Of a stretch of DNA of 64,000 nucleotides, positions 1 through 9,681 are shown one piece after another. The stretch spans positions 82,033 through 146,032 of the forward strand of contig JBGOUQ010000002.1 in NCBI GenBank assembly GCA_041477065.1. The letters run 5' to 3'. Position 1 is the stretch's first letter; each line of letters begins with the position of its first letter. This stretch comes from Gemmatimonadota bacterium. Its GTDB lineage: Bacteria; Gemmatimonadota; Gemmatimonadetes; Gemmatimonadales; GWC2-71-9. The position numbers and the translations under genes are program-made. The notes under the pieces are model-generated. The model was given only the letters and a program-made list of their open reading frames with translations, did not search any database and was not told the origin of the DNA.

Positions 1-614
1 ACCAGCTCCGACGGCAACGCGGCGCTGTTGATCGCGATGAAGGGGCCGCGCGCCGCCGCCGAGCCGCCGTGCACCGCGCGGGCGACGAGCTCCTTGCCCG
101 AGCCGCTCTCGCCCACGATCAGCACCGGGCTCGGGATCGGCGCCACCCGGGCGATCTGGTCCCGCAGCTTGGCCATGGCGGGGCTCGCCCCGACCAGCGG
201 GGCATCGGCGTCCAGATCGCGCTGCAGCGCCGCGACCTGACCGGCGAGCCGCCGGCGCTCGAGAACGTGCTCCACCTCCTGCACCACCCGCTCCATCGGC
301 TCCGCCTTATCGATGAACCCCTGGGCGCCGAGGCGGATCGCCTGGATGCACCGGTCGTAGTTGCCGGTGCCGGTGTAGACGATCACGGGGACTCTGAAGC
401 CGCGCCGCTCGAGGGCGCGCAACACCTCGAAGCCGTCCATGCCCGGCATCTCGAGGTCGAGGATCACGCAATCGACCACCTCCCGCTCCAGGACGTCGAG
501 CGCCGCTCGGCCGCTCTCGGCCACGAGCGTCTCGTAGCCGCCGACGCGCTTCAGGTCGTAGGCGTACTGCCCGGCGAGCGCGGCGACGTCGTCGATGATG
601 AGGACGGCGGTCAT
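1..614 (-). CDS. sigma-54-dependent (NtrC-family) response regulator; 3' part lies beyond the window edge
   Basis: Not in the ORF track because no stop lies inside the window. My own minus-strand translation from ATG 614-612 gives [68 protein letters not shown] (receiver domain), then [44 protein letters not shown] (AAA+ Walker A typical of enhancer-binding proteins). ATGA overlap with the kinase stop (611-613). Confidence 0.85.
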   Translation of the reverse strand, partial: MTAVLIIDDVAALAGQYAYDLKRVGGYETLVAESGRAALDVLEREVVDCVILDLEMPGMDGFEVLRALERRGFRVPVIVYTGTGNYDRCIQAIRLGAQGFIDKAEPMERVVQEVEHVLERRRLAGQVAALQRDLDADAPLVGASPAMAKLRDQIARVAPIPSPVLIVGESGSGKELVARAVHGGSAAARGPFIAINSAALPSEL

Positions 615-2260
615 GCGACGTCCCCTCCCCCCGGAAGCTCCACGAGCACGCGCGTCCCCTTCCCCGGCTGGGTCTCGACTTTGAGGGCGCCCCCCGCATC
701 CAGCACCAAGCGGCGGACGATCGAAAGCCCGAGCCCCGTGCCGCCGGGCTTGGTCGTGTAGAAGCCGTCGAACGCCTTGTCGAGCTGGCTTTTCGTCATT
801 CCCGCCCCAGTATCGGCGATGATGATGCGCACTCCGGTCGCGACGCGAGCGGTGGTAACGGTGACCGCGCCGCCCGCCCCATCGAGCGCGTCGAGCGCGT
901 TGCTGGCGAGGTTCTCGAGGATGCGCCGCAGCACGAGCGGGTCGCCGGACACCGCTGGGAGATCGCCCGCCAGCTCCAGCCGCACCTCTCGCCCGCGCTC
1001 GCCCAGCCGCTGGACCGTTTCGCGCACCAGCGCGTTCACGTCGCACGGCTCACGGGACGGCTGAGGATACAGGCGTGCGTAGTTGCCGGCGAGCCCTTCC
1101 AGGTAGGCGATGCTCGACTCCACCGTCCCCGCCCGCTCGACCAACACCTCCCCGACCGCCTCCGGCTGCTCGCGCGCGAGCTGCGTGAGATGCCGGAACA
1201 CGTTGCGGATCGGGACCAACCCGTTCTTGATGTCGTGATTCACCTGGCGCGCGAGATCGCCGATCGCCATGCGGCGCTCGGCCTCCCGCAGCCGGGCGGC
1301 GCCGGCGCGCAGCCGCTCGGTCATCGCGCCGAGCAGCCGCGTGAGCGCGCCGATCTCGTCGGCACGCTGGCTCGCGAAGGCGACGTCGAGACGGTCCATG
1401 TCGACTCGCGCCGTTTGCGCCGCCAGCGCCGTGAGCGGACCGCTGATCCGAGCCGCGAGCCACCAAGCGAGCAGCAGCGCGATGCCCGCCGTCACCGCGA
1501 GCGCGGCGACGAACCAGGCGTCCACATCGTGCCGCAGCGCCTCCAGGCCGGCGAGCGAATGACTCACGACGATGCTGGCAGTCCCGAGCGGGCCTGAGTC
1601 CGCGAGCACCGCTGGTACCAGCACAACGCCGACCACGCGGCCGGTGGTGTCCGGTAGGCCGGAGGTGTCGAGGGACACGACGAGCTCTGAATCGGTCGCC
1701 AGACGGGAGAGGAAAAGCGAATCCACGACCACCCCGCCCACGACGGCGAAGCGCTTGCCCGCAAGGCGGAAGGAGTCCACGCGCGCGAGCGCGAGGAACG
1801 GCGCCTCCGCGGTGCGGGCCCACACCAGCGCCGTCCCCCCCGGCGCGGCCGCCAACAGCCGCGGCAGATCCGGCTCGCGCCGATCGAACTCGTTGCGGAA
1901 ATGGCCGGAGCTCACAATGCGGCCGTCCCCGTCCTGAATCTGGAGCATTGAGAGCCCGGCAAGCCGCATCCCGTTCCCGGCGTAGTCCAGCAGGTAGGGC
2001 GGCTCGCCGCCTTGCAGCACCGCCACCCTCAGCCGGTTGTCCTGCACCGCCGCCTCGCGCAGCGCGGCGAGCCTGGCGGCGACGTCGGCACCGCGGCGTG
2101 CTAGGTCGGCACGGATCACGTCCACCAGGCCGTTCACGCGTCGCTCGTACTGGGCGGTGAGCCGGCTCGCGATGCCGCGGCGGATGCCGAGGCCAAAGAC
2201 TGCGAGCGGCACCAGCACCACGGCGACGAAGCCGAGCAGGAGGCGGGCGCGGAAGGTCAT
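611..2260 (-). CDS. sensor histidine kinase (two TM segments, periplasmic domain, HAMP, HisKA, HATPase_c)
   Basis: ORF 611..2422. The plausible start is the internal Met at 2260 ([24 protein letters not shown] is TM1), which overlaps the upstream gene stop by ATGA. H-box [16 protein letters not shown]-box [14 protein letters not shown]-boxes [10 protein letters not shown] and [13 protein letters not shown]. Confidence 0.9.
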   Translation of the reverse strand: MTFRARLLLGFVAVVLVPLAVFGLGIRRGIASRLTAQYERRVNGLVDVIRADLARRGADVAARLAALREAAVQDNRLRVAVLQGGEPPYLLDYAGNGMRLAGLSMLQIQDGDGRIVSSGHFRNEFDRREPDLPRLLAAAPGGTALVWARTAEAPFLALARVDSFRLAGKRFAVVGGVVVDSLFLSRLATDSELVVSLDTSGLPDTTGRVVGVVLVPAVLADSGPLGTASIVVSHSLAGLEALRHDVDAWFVAALAVTAGIALLLAWWLAARISGPLTALAAQTARVDMDRLDVAFASQRADEIGALTRLLGAMTERLRAGAARLREAERRMAIGDLARQVNHDIKNGLVPIRNVFRHLTQLAREQPEAVGEVLVERAGTVESSIAYLEGLAGNYARLYPQPSREPCDVNALVRETVQRLGERGREVRLELAGDLPAVSGDPLVLRRILENLASNALDALDGAGGAVTVTTARVATGVRIIIADTGAGMTKSQLDKAFDGFYTTKPGGTGLGLSIVRRLVLDAGGALKVETQPGKGTRVLVELPGGGDVA

Positions 2261-3654
2261 GGCGCGAGGCGAACGGTGCCGTCGGCGTCGAACAACAGCC
2301 GCGGGATGCCGCGGCGGGCAACCACGTACGTACGGGTCTCGATCAGCCCCAGCGCGCGGGGCAGGCCAGCCACCGGCGCGACGCAGCCATCCAGTTGTGG
2401 CCAGGCGACGACGAACGCCCATGCATTTCCAGCACTGATCGTCGCGGCGAGCTGCTCCGCCGACACCCCCACGGCGGGAACGCCGGCGCCGACCACCCCG
2501 TGGGCGACCAGGCGCTCCGCAAGCTCGTGGGCCGTCCGATCGTCACGGCCATAGAAGAGACGCTTGGGGCCGAGCACCGGTCCGACCGCCACCTGGTCGC
2601 CCTTGAGGGTGCCTAACCACAGGCACGCCAACGCGCTCGTGGCCGGACGTGCTTCGGCGTGCACCGCCCGAGCCAAGTCCTGCCGTGCGAGACTGTCCAG
2701 CGAAGTATCAGATCGCGTCACGAGGGCGTAGCGCCGGCTCCAAGCGATCGGTGCAGCAATGAGCGCAGGATGCGTCGCGGCGTACGCCACGACGGCGGGA
2801 TCGTCGGTGACGAGGAGCTGCACGCCCTGGTCGAGCGCGTCGCGTGGGTCGGTGCCCGACAGCGCGCGGAATGCGAGCAACGGCAACGGTCCCTGTGTGA
2901 CTGGCCTCACGATCAACGTCCCGGTGTCCACCGGTCCCGACGTCCAATAGGCGCCGGTGCCGATCGGCCAGCCACCATCGGGAGCGCGCTTGGTCACCGC
3001 GAGAGACCACTGGGCGAGCATGGCGAGTGACATTCTCGCAGGGAGCCGCACCTCGCTGGTGCTGAGCGCCTCCGAGATCTGCGACCAGGCAGGGGAACGG
3101 GCGCGCCAACTCGCGATCACGTCCAGCGCCGTGACGGGGGCGCCGTCCCAGAAGCGGGCGCCGTCGCGCAACGTGACCCGCCAGTCCCCCGTGGAGTCCA
3201 CGCGCCAATTCCGGGCGAGGCCGGGCACGAGGCGGCCCGCGCAGTCTACGCGCACCAGCGTCTCGTAGAGCTGCGGGAACACGAGCCGCTCGGCGTCACT
3301 CGAGGGGACCGGCGCGTGCGCGGGATCGACCGGACCGGGGAGCGCGACGAGCAACGTTCCGGCAGGCGTCACGGCACCTGGTGACAGCTCGCAGGTCGTA
3401 TCAGACGGTACCGGCATCATGATCGGCGGCGGCAGCGGCACGGGCCGGTACGCCGGCGCGGGCGCCGGGCGGCATGCGCCGAGCGTCAAGGCGAGCAGGA
3501 TCAGCACAGCGACGAACACCGTGGAAACTCCGGCGGGGACCCGAGCGAACGATACGCCCCGCCTGCACGGCGGGCCAGCGTTATACCCCGAACCCGTCCG
3601 CGCGGCACGGCGCCTGGCGGGGCCGCGGGGCCGCGCGTTATCCTCTCCCCTCAT
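2257..3654 (-). CDS. periplasmic solute-binding protein, family-5-like, probable lipoprotein; start uncertain
   Basis: ORF 2257..3732. Hydrophobic segment plus lipobox VFVAVLILLALTLGAC. The core LVPGLARNWRVDSTGDWRVTLRDGARFWDGAPVTALDV resembles peptide/nickel-type SBPs. Candidate starts are ATG 3654, GTG 3519, or ATG 3732. Stop overlaps the kinase start. Confidence 0.6.
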   Translation of the reverse strand: MRGEDNARPRGPARRRAARTGSGYNAGPPCRRGVSFARVPAGVSTVFVAVLILLALTLGACRPAPAPAYRPVPLPPPIMMPVPSDTTCELSPGAVTPAGTLLVALPGPVDPAHAPVPSSDAERLVFPQLYETLVRVDCAGRLVPGLARNWRVDSTGDWRVTLRDGARFWDGAPVTALDVIASWRARSPAWSQISEALSTSEVRLPARMSLAMLAQWSLAVTKRAPDGGWPIGTGAYWTSGPVDTGTLIVRPVTQGPLPLLAFRALSGTDPRDALDQGVQLLVTDDPAVVAYAATHPALIAAPIAWSRRYALVTRSDTSLDSLARQDLARAVHAEARPATSALACLWLGTLKGDQVAVGPVLGPKRLFYGRDDRTAHELAERLVAHGVVGAGVPAVGVSAEQLAATISAGNAWAFVVAWPQLDGCVAPVAGLPRALGLIETRTYVVARRGIPRLLFDADGTVRLAP

Positions 3655-5014
3655 GCCCACCGCCGACCTCGTGATCACCAGTCCGCTCGTCGTGGCACCC
3701 GACGGGTTCGGCCCGGCGAGCATCGGCATCACGGACGGCGTGATCGTCGAAGTGACGCGCGGCGACGGCCCCGACGCTCGCCGCCGCCTCGTCGTCGCCG
3801 ACGGGGTGGTGATGCCGGGCGTGGTCGATACTCACGTGCACGTGAACGAGCCGGGACGCACGGAATGGGAAGGGTTCGAAACGGCCACGCGAGCCGCGGC
3901 GGCGGGTGGCGTGACGACCATCGTCGACATGCCCCTCAACAGCATCCCGGTCACCACGACCACTGAAGCGCTCGCCGAGAAAGTCCGAGCCGCCGCCGGC
4001 CGGGCGATGGTGGACTACGCCTTCTGGGGCGGAGTCGTGCCCGGCAACACCGACCGCCTCGAGCCGCTGGCGCACGCCGGACTCCGGGGGTTCAAGTGCT
4101 TTCTGGTGCCGTCGGGAATCGATGAGTTCGCCCCCGTGACGGCGCAGGACCTCCGCCCCGCGATGCGCCGGCTCGCCGAGCTCGGAGCGGTGCTGTTGGT
4201 GCACGCGGAGCTGCCCGGGCCGATCGAGCGCGCCGCGCGGGCGGCGGGAAACGGCGACCCGCGGCGCTACGACCGCTGGCTCGCCTCCCGGCCGCGCGCG
4301 GCCGAGAATGAGGCGATCGACCTAATGCTCGCCCTGTGCGGGGAAACCGGGTGCCCGGTGCACATCGTGCACCTCTCCTCGACCGATCCGCTGCCGGCAG
4401 TGGGCCGCGCGCGCCGCGCCGGGCTTCCGGTGACCGTCGAGACCTGTCCGCACTATCTCACCTTCGCCGCCGAGGAGATCCCGGACGGTGCCACGGCGTA
4501 CAAGTGCGCGCCCCCCATCCGCGAATCGGCCGTCCGCGAGGGGCTCCGGAACGCCCTGACGGAGGGAAGCATCGACCTGGTGGCGAGCGATCACTCCCCG
4601 GCTCCGCCGGCGCTCAAGGCGCTGGACACGGGAAGCTTCGCCGCCGCGTGGGGCGGTATCGCATCGCTCGAGCTGTCGTTCGCCGCCACATGGACCGTCG
4701 CCCGAGAGCGCGGGCTCGGGCTCCCCGACGTCACCCGCTGGCTGTCCGAAGGGCCCGCCCGACTCGCGGGGTTGACCCGCCGCAAGGGCCGTATCGCGCC
4801 CGGGTACGACGCCGACCTCGTGATCGCCACCCCGGACGCGAGCTTCACCGTCGATCCCGCGCGGCTGCACCACCGGCACCCGGTGACGCCGTATGCCGGC
4901 CGCCTGCTGCACGGCGTGGTGCGGCAGACGTTCGTGCGGGGGGTGTGCGTCTACGACGAGGGCAAGTTCCCGGTCCGGCCGATGGGGACGTGGATGCGTC
5001 AGGAGGCCGCGTGA
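3653..5014 (+). CDS. allB: allantoinase (cyclic amidohydrolase superfamily)
   Basis: ORF 3419..5014, with likely start at Met 3653 (MPTADLVITSPLVVAPDG). Motifs DTHVHVNEPGRTEWEGFETATRAAAAGGVTTIVDMPLNSIP, KCFL, LVHAE, DHSP. Sits in a ureide-pathway operon. Confidence 0.85.
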   Translation: MPTADLVITSPLVVAPDGFGPASIGITDGVIVEVTRGDGPDARRRLVVADGVVMPGVVDTHVHVNEPGRTEWEGFETATRAAAAGGVTTIVDMPLNSIPVTTTTEALAEKVRAAAGRAMVDYAFWGGVVPGNTDRLEPLAHAGLRGFKCFLVPSGIDEFAPVTAQDLRPAMRRLAELGAVLLVHAELPGPIERAARAAGNGDPRRYDRWLASRPRAAENEAIDLMLALCGETGCPVHIVHLSSTDPLPAVGRARRAGLPVTVETCPHYLTFAAEEIPDGATAYKCAPPIRESAVREGLRNALTEGSIDLVASDHSPAPPALKALDTGSFAAAWGGIASLELSFAATWTVARERGLGLPDVTRWLSEGPARLAGLTRRKGRIAPGYDADLVIATPDASFTVDPARLHHRHPVTPYAGRLLHGVVRQTFVRGVCVYDEGKFPVRPMGTWMRQEAA

Positions 5015-6009
5015 GCTGGCGACCTGGGCTCGTCGATCTCGCCGCCGAGCGGCTGGGCGGCCGGGCGGTGGCGGCCAACGACGAGTTCTTCGCGCCCAAG
5101 GGGAATCTGCTCAAACCGGGGCGCGGGGTGTTCATCGAGGGGAAGTACACGACCCGCGGCAAATGGATGGACGGATGGGAAACGCGGCGGCGGCGGACCC
5201 CCGGCCACGACTGGTGCATCATCCGCCTGGGAGTCCCGGGCGTGATTCGCGCGCTTACCGTGGACACGAACCACTTCCGCGGCAACCATCCCGAGGCGTG
5301 CTCGCTCGACACCCTGGAGCTGCCGGGTATACCGAACGCGAAGCGGCTCGTCGCTTCCAACGCCTGGCACGAGCTGCTCTTGAGGACGCCGCTCAAAGGT
5401 CATAGCGAGAACGAGCTCACGATCGCGGCCGTGGAGCGGCGCGCCTCGCACCTGCGCTTCAATATTTTCCCAGACGGCGGAGTCGCCCGGCTGCGGGTCT
5501 GGGGCGACCCGCGACCCGATTGGGCTGGGCTGGCGAGGAGCAAGAAGCCCCTGGACCTCGCCGCTGCGCAGCACGGCGGCGTACCGCTCGCCTGCAGCGA
5601 CGAGTTCTTCAGCGAGCCGGTCAACCTGTTGATGCCGGGCCGCGGGCGCGACATGGGCGACGGCTGGGAGACGAGGCGCCGGCGCGGGCCGGGCCACGAC
5701 TGGGTGGTGCTGCGGCTCGGCGCCCGAGGCACCATCGACACGATTCTCGTGGACACTCATCATTTCAAGGGGAACTACCCCGAGAGCTGCAGCCTCGAGG
5801 GGTGCGATGCAGCGGGGCTTCCCGCCGGCGCCGCGCCGCCCGCCGGCGCAACGTGGCGCGAGCTGCTGCCGCGCACCAAGCTCCGGGCGCACGCACAGCA
5901 ACGGTTGCGTGTGGGACCCGGGGCCCCGCTCACCCACGTGCGCTTCAATATCTTCCCCGACGGCGGGGTCAGCCGGCTGCGGCTGTTCGGGCGGCCGGCG
6001 GCGGGGTGA
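5011..6009 (+). CDS. alc: allantoicase (two-repeat architecture)
   Basis: In-frame GTG at 5011 inside ORF 4336..6009 (GTGA overlap with the allB stop). Two internal repeats, each carrying GWETRRRRxPGHDW and HFxGN(H/Y)PE. About 332 aa, as expected for allantoicase. Confidence 0.85.
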   Translation: MSWRPGLVDLAAERLGGRAVAANDEFFAPKGNLLKPGRGVFIEGKYTTRGKWMDGWETRRRRTPGHDWCIIRLGVPGVIRALTVDTNHFRGNHPEACSLDTLELPGIPNAKRLVASNAWHELLLRTPLKGHSENELTIAAVERRASHLRFNIFPDGGVARLRVWGDPRPDWAGLARSKKPLDLAAAQHGGVPLACSDEFFSEPVNLLMPGRGRDMGDGWETRRRRGPGHDWVVLRLGARGTIDTILVDTHHFKGNYPESCSLEGCDAAGLPAGAAPPAGATWRELLPRTKLRAHAQQRLRVGPGAPLTHVRFNIFPDGGVSRLRLFGRPAAG

Positions 6010-6509
6010 GCGGGGCCACTGTCGCCGCGCATCTCGACGGCCTCGGGACGGCCGACGCGTGGGCAACCCTCGACCGGTGCTGCGGAGCCCGGCGCTGGGT
6101 GGACGCGATGCTGGCCGCTCGTCCCTTCGGGGATGACGCCATGTTGTACGCGGCCGCGGAGCGGACCTGGTGGTCGCTGGCGCCGGCGGATTGGCTCGAG
6201 GCGTTCGCCCGGCACCCGCGGATCGGTGAGCGAGTGCGGGCGGATGACTTGGCTCGGCGGGAGCAGGGAGGGATGGACCGAGCGAGCGCGGGCACGCGGG
6301 AGGCCCTGGCGCAAGGCAATCGAGCCTATGAAGGGCGGTTCGGCCACGTGTTCCTGATTCGCGCCACGGGCCGGACGCCCGAAGAAATGCTATCCGAGCT
6401 GCAGCGCCGCCTCGGCAACGACTCCGCCACGGAGCTGCGCGTGGCGGCGATGGAGCAGGCAAAGATCACCCGGCTGCGACTGGAGAAACTGGGGGGGAGG
6501 GCCACATGA
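6006..6509 (+). CDS. uraD: 2-oxo-4-hydroxy-4-carboxy-5-ureidoimidazoline (OHCU) decarboxylase
   Basis: GTG 6006 inside ORF 5520..6509 (GTGA overlap with the alc stop). Contains RWVDAMLAARPF, FARHPRIGE, GHVFLIRATGRTPEEML. About 167 aa. Confidence 0.8.
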   Translation: MSGATVAAHLDGLGTADAWATLDRCCGARRWVDAMLAARPFGDDAMLYAAAERTWWSLAPADWLEAFARHPRIGERVRADDLARREQGGMDRASAGTREALAQGNRAYEGRFGHVFLIRATGRTPEEMLSELQRRLGNDSATELRVAAMEQAKITRLRLEKLGGRAT

Positions 6510-6844
6510 GCGGTATCACCACTCACGTACTCGACACCGCGCGGGGCCGCCCCGCGACCGGAGTGCGCGTGAGCCTGTCCGTCCGCAGCGGCGAGCGCTG
6601 GACCGAGCTCGCCTCCGCGACCACGGACTCCGACGGGCGGATCGCAGACCTCCTCCCCAACCGGCCCCCGACGGTGGCCGGCACGTACCGGCTGCGCTTC
6701 GAGGTCGGTGAGTACTTCGCGGCGCAGGGCGTGTCGGCGTTCTATCCGTACGTCGAGGTCGTCTTCGCGATCCACGATGATCGCCACCATCACGTGCCGC
6801 TACTGATCGGCCCCTTCGGCTACACGACGTACCGGGGCAGCTGA
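6506..6844 (+). CDS. uraH: 5-hydroxyisourate hydrolase (transthyretin-like)
   Basis: 112 aa. N-terminal ITTHVLDTARGRPA and C-terminal YTTYRGS signature. ATGA overlap with the upstream stop. Confidence 0.9.
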   Translation: MSGITTHVLDTARGRPATGVRVSLSVRSGERWTELASATTDSDGRIADLLPNRPPTVAGTYRLRFEVGEYFAAQGVSAFYPYVEVVFAIHDDRHHHVPLLIGPFGYTTYRGS

Positions 6845-8050
6845 GTGGCGGCGCACGCGCTCGCCTGGTTGAGCCTCGCCCTGCGTTGGGGACACCTGAT
6901 CACCGGCGTGGCATGGATTGGCACGTCGTTCTACTTCAACTGGCTGAATAGCCGGCTCCAACCCCCCCCCCCCCGCGACGGCCCAGCCGAGCCCGGCGTA
7001 GACGGTGAGCTGTGGTCGGTCCACGGGGGCGGCTTCTACCGGGTGGTGAAGTACATGGTGGCGCCGAAGCAACTGCCGCGCACCCTGCACTGGTTCAAGT
7101 GGGAGGCGTACGCGACCTGGGTGTCGGGCTTCGCACTGCTCGTGCTCGTCTATTACGTGGGCGCCCGGGCGTATCTGATCGATCCACAAGTCGCCGCGCT
7201 CGGACCCGCCGCCGCGATCGCGATCGGCGTGGGGGCGCTGGCCGTCGCGTGGCTGGTGTACGACGTGCTGTGCCGCTCGCCCCTCGCCGCCCGCCCCGCC
7301 TTTTTCGCTCTGTTGCTGTTCGCCCTTGGCACCGGCCTGGCGTTCGGCCTGACGCGCGTCTTCAGCGCCCGCGCCGCCTACCTGCACGTCGGAGCGGCGG
7401 TGGGGACCATCATGGCCGCGAACGTGCTCATGGTGATCATCCCCGCGCAGCGGGAGATGGTGGATGCGATGACCGCGGGTCGCGCTTCGAACGCCGCGCG
7501 CGGGCGCCAAGCCGCCCTGCGATCCCTGCACAACAACTATTTCACGCTCCCGGTGCTGTTCATTATGGTGAGCAGCCACTACCCCGAGACGTTCGCCCAC
7601 CGGTGGAACTGGCTCATCCTGGCCGGGCTGTCGGTCATCGGGGTCGCTACGCGCCATTGGTTCAATCTGCGCAACCAAGGACGACGGAGCGCTTGGCTGC
7701 TCCCCGGCGCGGCGCTCGGCATGGTGGCGCTGGCGGTGGTGACCGCGCCGCCGACCAATCCAGCCGCGGCCGGGCCCGGCGGAGAGACCGCAGGATTCGC
7801 GGACGTCCGGGTGGTGATCGCCCGACGCTGCGCGCCGTGCCACTCGGCCGCACCCACCAATGCGGCGTTCCCGGCGGCACCGAAAGGCGTCCTGTTGGAC
7901 ACGCCGGAGCAGATACGCACGGCCGCCCCGCGCATCCTCGCGCAGGCGGTCGAGTCGCAGACGATGCCGCTCGGGAATTTGACGGGGATGACGCCGGAGG
8001 AGCGGGCACTGCTGGGCCGGTGGATCACCGCGGGAGCGCCGCTCCGCTAG
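6845..8050 (+). CDS. puuD: membrane urate hydroxylase PuuD-like (multi-TM domain fused to a C-terminal cytochrome c domain)
   Basis: GTG start directly after the uraH stop. N-terminal HLITGVAWIGTSFYFNWLN, several TM helices, C-terminal CAPCHS haem-c motif. Sits in the urate operon in place of a soluble uricase. Confidence 0.8.
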   Translation: MAAHALAWLSLALRWGHLITGVAWIGTSFYFNWLNSRLQPPPPRDGPAEPGVDGELWSVHGGGFYRVVKYMVAPKQLPRTLHWFKWEAYATWVSGFALLVLVYYVGARAYLIDPQVAALGPAAAIAIGVGALAVAWLVYDVLCRSPLAARPAFFALLLFALGTGLAFGLTRVFSARAAYLHVGAAVGTIMAANVLMVIIPAQREMVDAMTAGRASNAARGRQAALRSLHNNYFTLPVLFIMVSSHYPETFAHRWNWLILAGLSVIGVATRHWFNLRNQGRRSAWLLPGAALGMVALAVVTAPPTNPAAAGPGGETAGFADVRVVIARRCAPCHSAAPTNAAFPAAPKGVLLDTPEQIRTAAPRILAQAVESQTMPLGNLTGMTPEERALLGRWITAGAPLR

Positions 8051-8138
8051 CGACAATCGGGTACGGCATGCGGGCTTTTGCCTACGCGGGGGCCGAGCGT
8101 ATGTTCGTCGTACGGCAGGACCCAACGGGAGACACCCA

Positions 8139-8462
8139 GTGCCGGTCACTGCCAGGTTGTCGCGCGGCTTCTACGAGAAGTTCGGGGACGAGATCGCCAA
8201 CGATCTCGTGGACTGGTTCAATAGAGTGGACGCAGCCTAGAAGACGGACCTCAGAGAGCTGAACGAGACCAACTTCGCGCGATTCGACGCGAAGTTGGAG
8301 CAGCGGATCGCCGAGCTGCGAGCGGAAATCGGAGGTCTTGGGGCTCGGATCGATACCGGCCTCGCCTCGCTGCGTGCCGAGCTGATCAAGCGGATGTTCA
8401 TCTTCTGGACGGGCACGACGGTCACGACCATCGGCCTCACGCTGGCACTGCTCAGGCGCTAG
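8139..8462 (+). pseudogene. DUF1640-like small coiled-coil, C-terminally TM-anchored protein interrupted by an in-frame TAG (8238-8240)
   Basis: My own translation from GTG 8139 (GGGAG 8 nt upstream): VPVTARLSRGFYEKFGDEIANDLVDWFNRVDAA*KTDLRELNETNFARFDAKLEQRIAELRAEIGGLGARIDTGLASLRAELIKRMFIFWTGTTVTTIGLTLALLRR*. Both halves share one frame and resemble the DUF1640 pattern (..K.DLREL.. coiled coil then a TM tail). Confidence 0.5.
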
Positions 8463-9681
8463 CCACCTTCCCCCGCCTCCCCTCCAGGATCCTCAGGAAC
8501 GACCGGCTGCGCAGCTCCTCCAGCGTGAGCCCCGTGGCGAGCGCCTCGGTTTCCGTGATGGCCCCGCAGGCGAGTCCCCGCAGGAAATAGTTCAGCAGCC
8601 CCTGCCCCGTCGCCGCATCGTCGAACACGTCTCCGACCAGCGTCGCTTGCGCCGCCTGCTCGACGAAATTCCGCAGCCGGGCCGAGGCGGACTCGGCTCC
8701 CTCCAAGAAGAAGGTGTAGCACGCCGCGTAACGCGTCGGCAGCTGGGCGGGATGCAGGTCCCATCCCTGGTAGAACGCGCACGTCAAGGAGTGCCGCACG
8801 TCCTGGAAGTGCAGTCGCCAAGCGCGGTGCACGGCGTCCCGGTCACCGACCGGCATGACGGTGGTGGCGCCGTCGGACAGCGCGACGCCCGTGCCCGCGA
8901 GGGCCACCTGCATGATCCCGCGTGCCAGATCGCAGGCGGGGTGCCCCATGCGCTGCTCGGCGGCTGTGATGTCGAGCGACGCGGTGTAGTCGTACACGCC
9001 GAAGTGGGCGCCGACGCAGCGTCCCCGCGTCGCGGCGACGAAGCTGCGCAAGGGGCAGCGCCCGTCCGTGTCGAGGATTGCCTGCGGCGTCTCCACCATC
9101 AGCTCGAGGTTGAGCGACCCGTCCGCGAGGCCGAGCGACCGCTCGTGCGCCTCGAGTGCGTCCACCAGCCTCGCGACCTGGTCGGGAGCGACGACCTTCG
9201 GGAGCGTGACCACGAAGTTACCGGGCAGTCGCCCACCGGTTTTGCCGAGCAGCGTCGTCAGGAAGAGCTGGAGCGTGCGCAGCGCACGCGGCGCCAGCTC
9301 GTGGGAGAGCGACTTGATCCGGATGCCGAGGAACGGCGGCAGCGTGCCGTCCGCGAGACCGGTCGCGACCTCGGCGGCCGCGGCGTGCGCGACCGCGTCC
9401 TCTTCGGCGTCCGGCCTGTTGCCGAAGCCATCCTCGAAGTCGATGCGGAAGTCCTCGACGGGCTCGCGCCGCAGCTTTTCGGCCACGCGGGTGTATGCCG
9501 TTTCGAAGACCGGCCCCGGGAAATACCCCAGCGCGGTGGCGAAGACGGTGGGGTTGCGCGCGTGCTCGTCCAGCGCCCGGAGGGCCAGCTCGCCGAGTCG
9601 CGGCGCCGTGGCCGCCTTGAACAGGTGCGCCCCGCCATAGACCGTGTGCACCGGCTGGCGTCGCGTGGTGTGGTCCGTCAT
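8452..9681 (-). CDS. CitE/HpcH-like (beta/alpha)8 lyase-superfamily protein, function unknown
   Basis: 409-aa ORF. FRIDFEDGFGNRPDAEED resembles the D-x-E-D metal site of the citrate-lyase-beta/HpcH family. ATGA-type overlap with the upstream FAD subunit gene (9678-9681). The family call is tentative. Confidence 0.5.
   Translation of the reverse strand: MTDHTTRRQPVHTVYGGAHLFKAATAPRLGELALRALDEHARNPTVFATALGYFPGPVFETAYTRVAEKLRREPVEDFRIDFEDGFGNRPDAEEDAVAHAAAAEVATGLADGTLPPFLGIRIKSLSHELAPRALRTLQLFLTTLLGKTGGRLPGNFVVTLPKVVAPDQVARLVDALEAHERSLGLADGSLNLELMVETPQAILDTDGRCPLRSFVAATRGRCVGAHFGVYDYTASLDITAAEQRMGHPACDLARGIMQVALAGTGVALSDGATTVMPVGDRDAVHRAWRLHFQDVRHSLTCAFYQGWDLHPAQLPTRYAACYTFFLEGAESASARLRNFVEQAAQATLVGDVFDDAATGQGLLNYFLRGLACGAITETEALATGLTLEELRSRSFLRILEGRRGKVASA

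Noticed and set aside
4336-5010. N-terminal extensions of ORFs in the track: allantoicase from 4336, uraD from 5520, the Mo subunit to 13923, M14 to 16169, Big_2 to 38884, acr3 to 31506 and arsR to 32987.
   Set aside because: The extensions overlap the preceding genes in another frame and are low-complexity. Internal starts that coincide with ATGA or GTGA junctions give proteins of the expected family length.
6800-8149. A 449-aa minus-strand ORF and a 416-aa plus-strand ORF (7012..8262) overlapping puuD.
   Set aside because: Both are out-of-frame or antisense shadows of the PuuD gene, with low-complexity Arg/Gly/Pro-rich translations. PuuD itself has TM helices and a CxxCH motif.
8237-8440. 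A 67-aa minus-strand ORF listed in the track.
   Set aside because: It is antisense to the more coherent DUF1640-like frame (coiled coil plus TM tail) and has no RBS or recognisable features.
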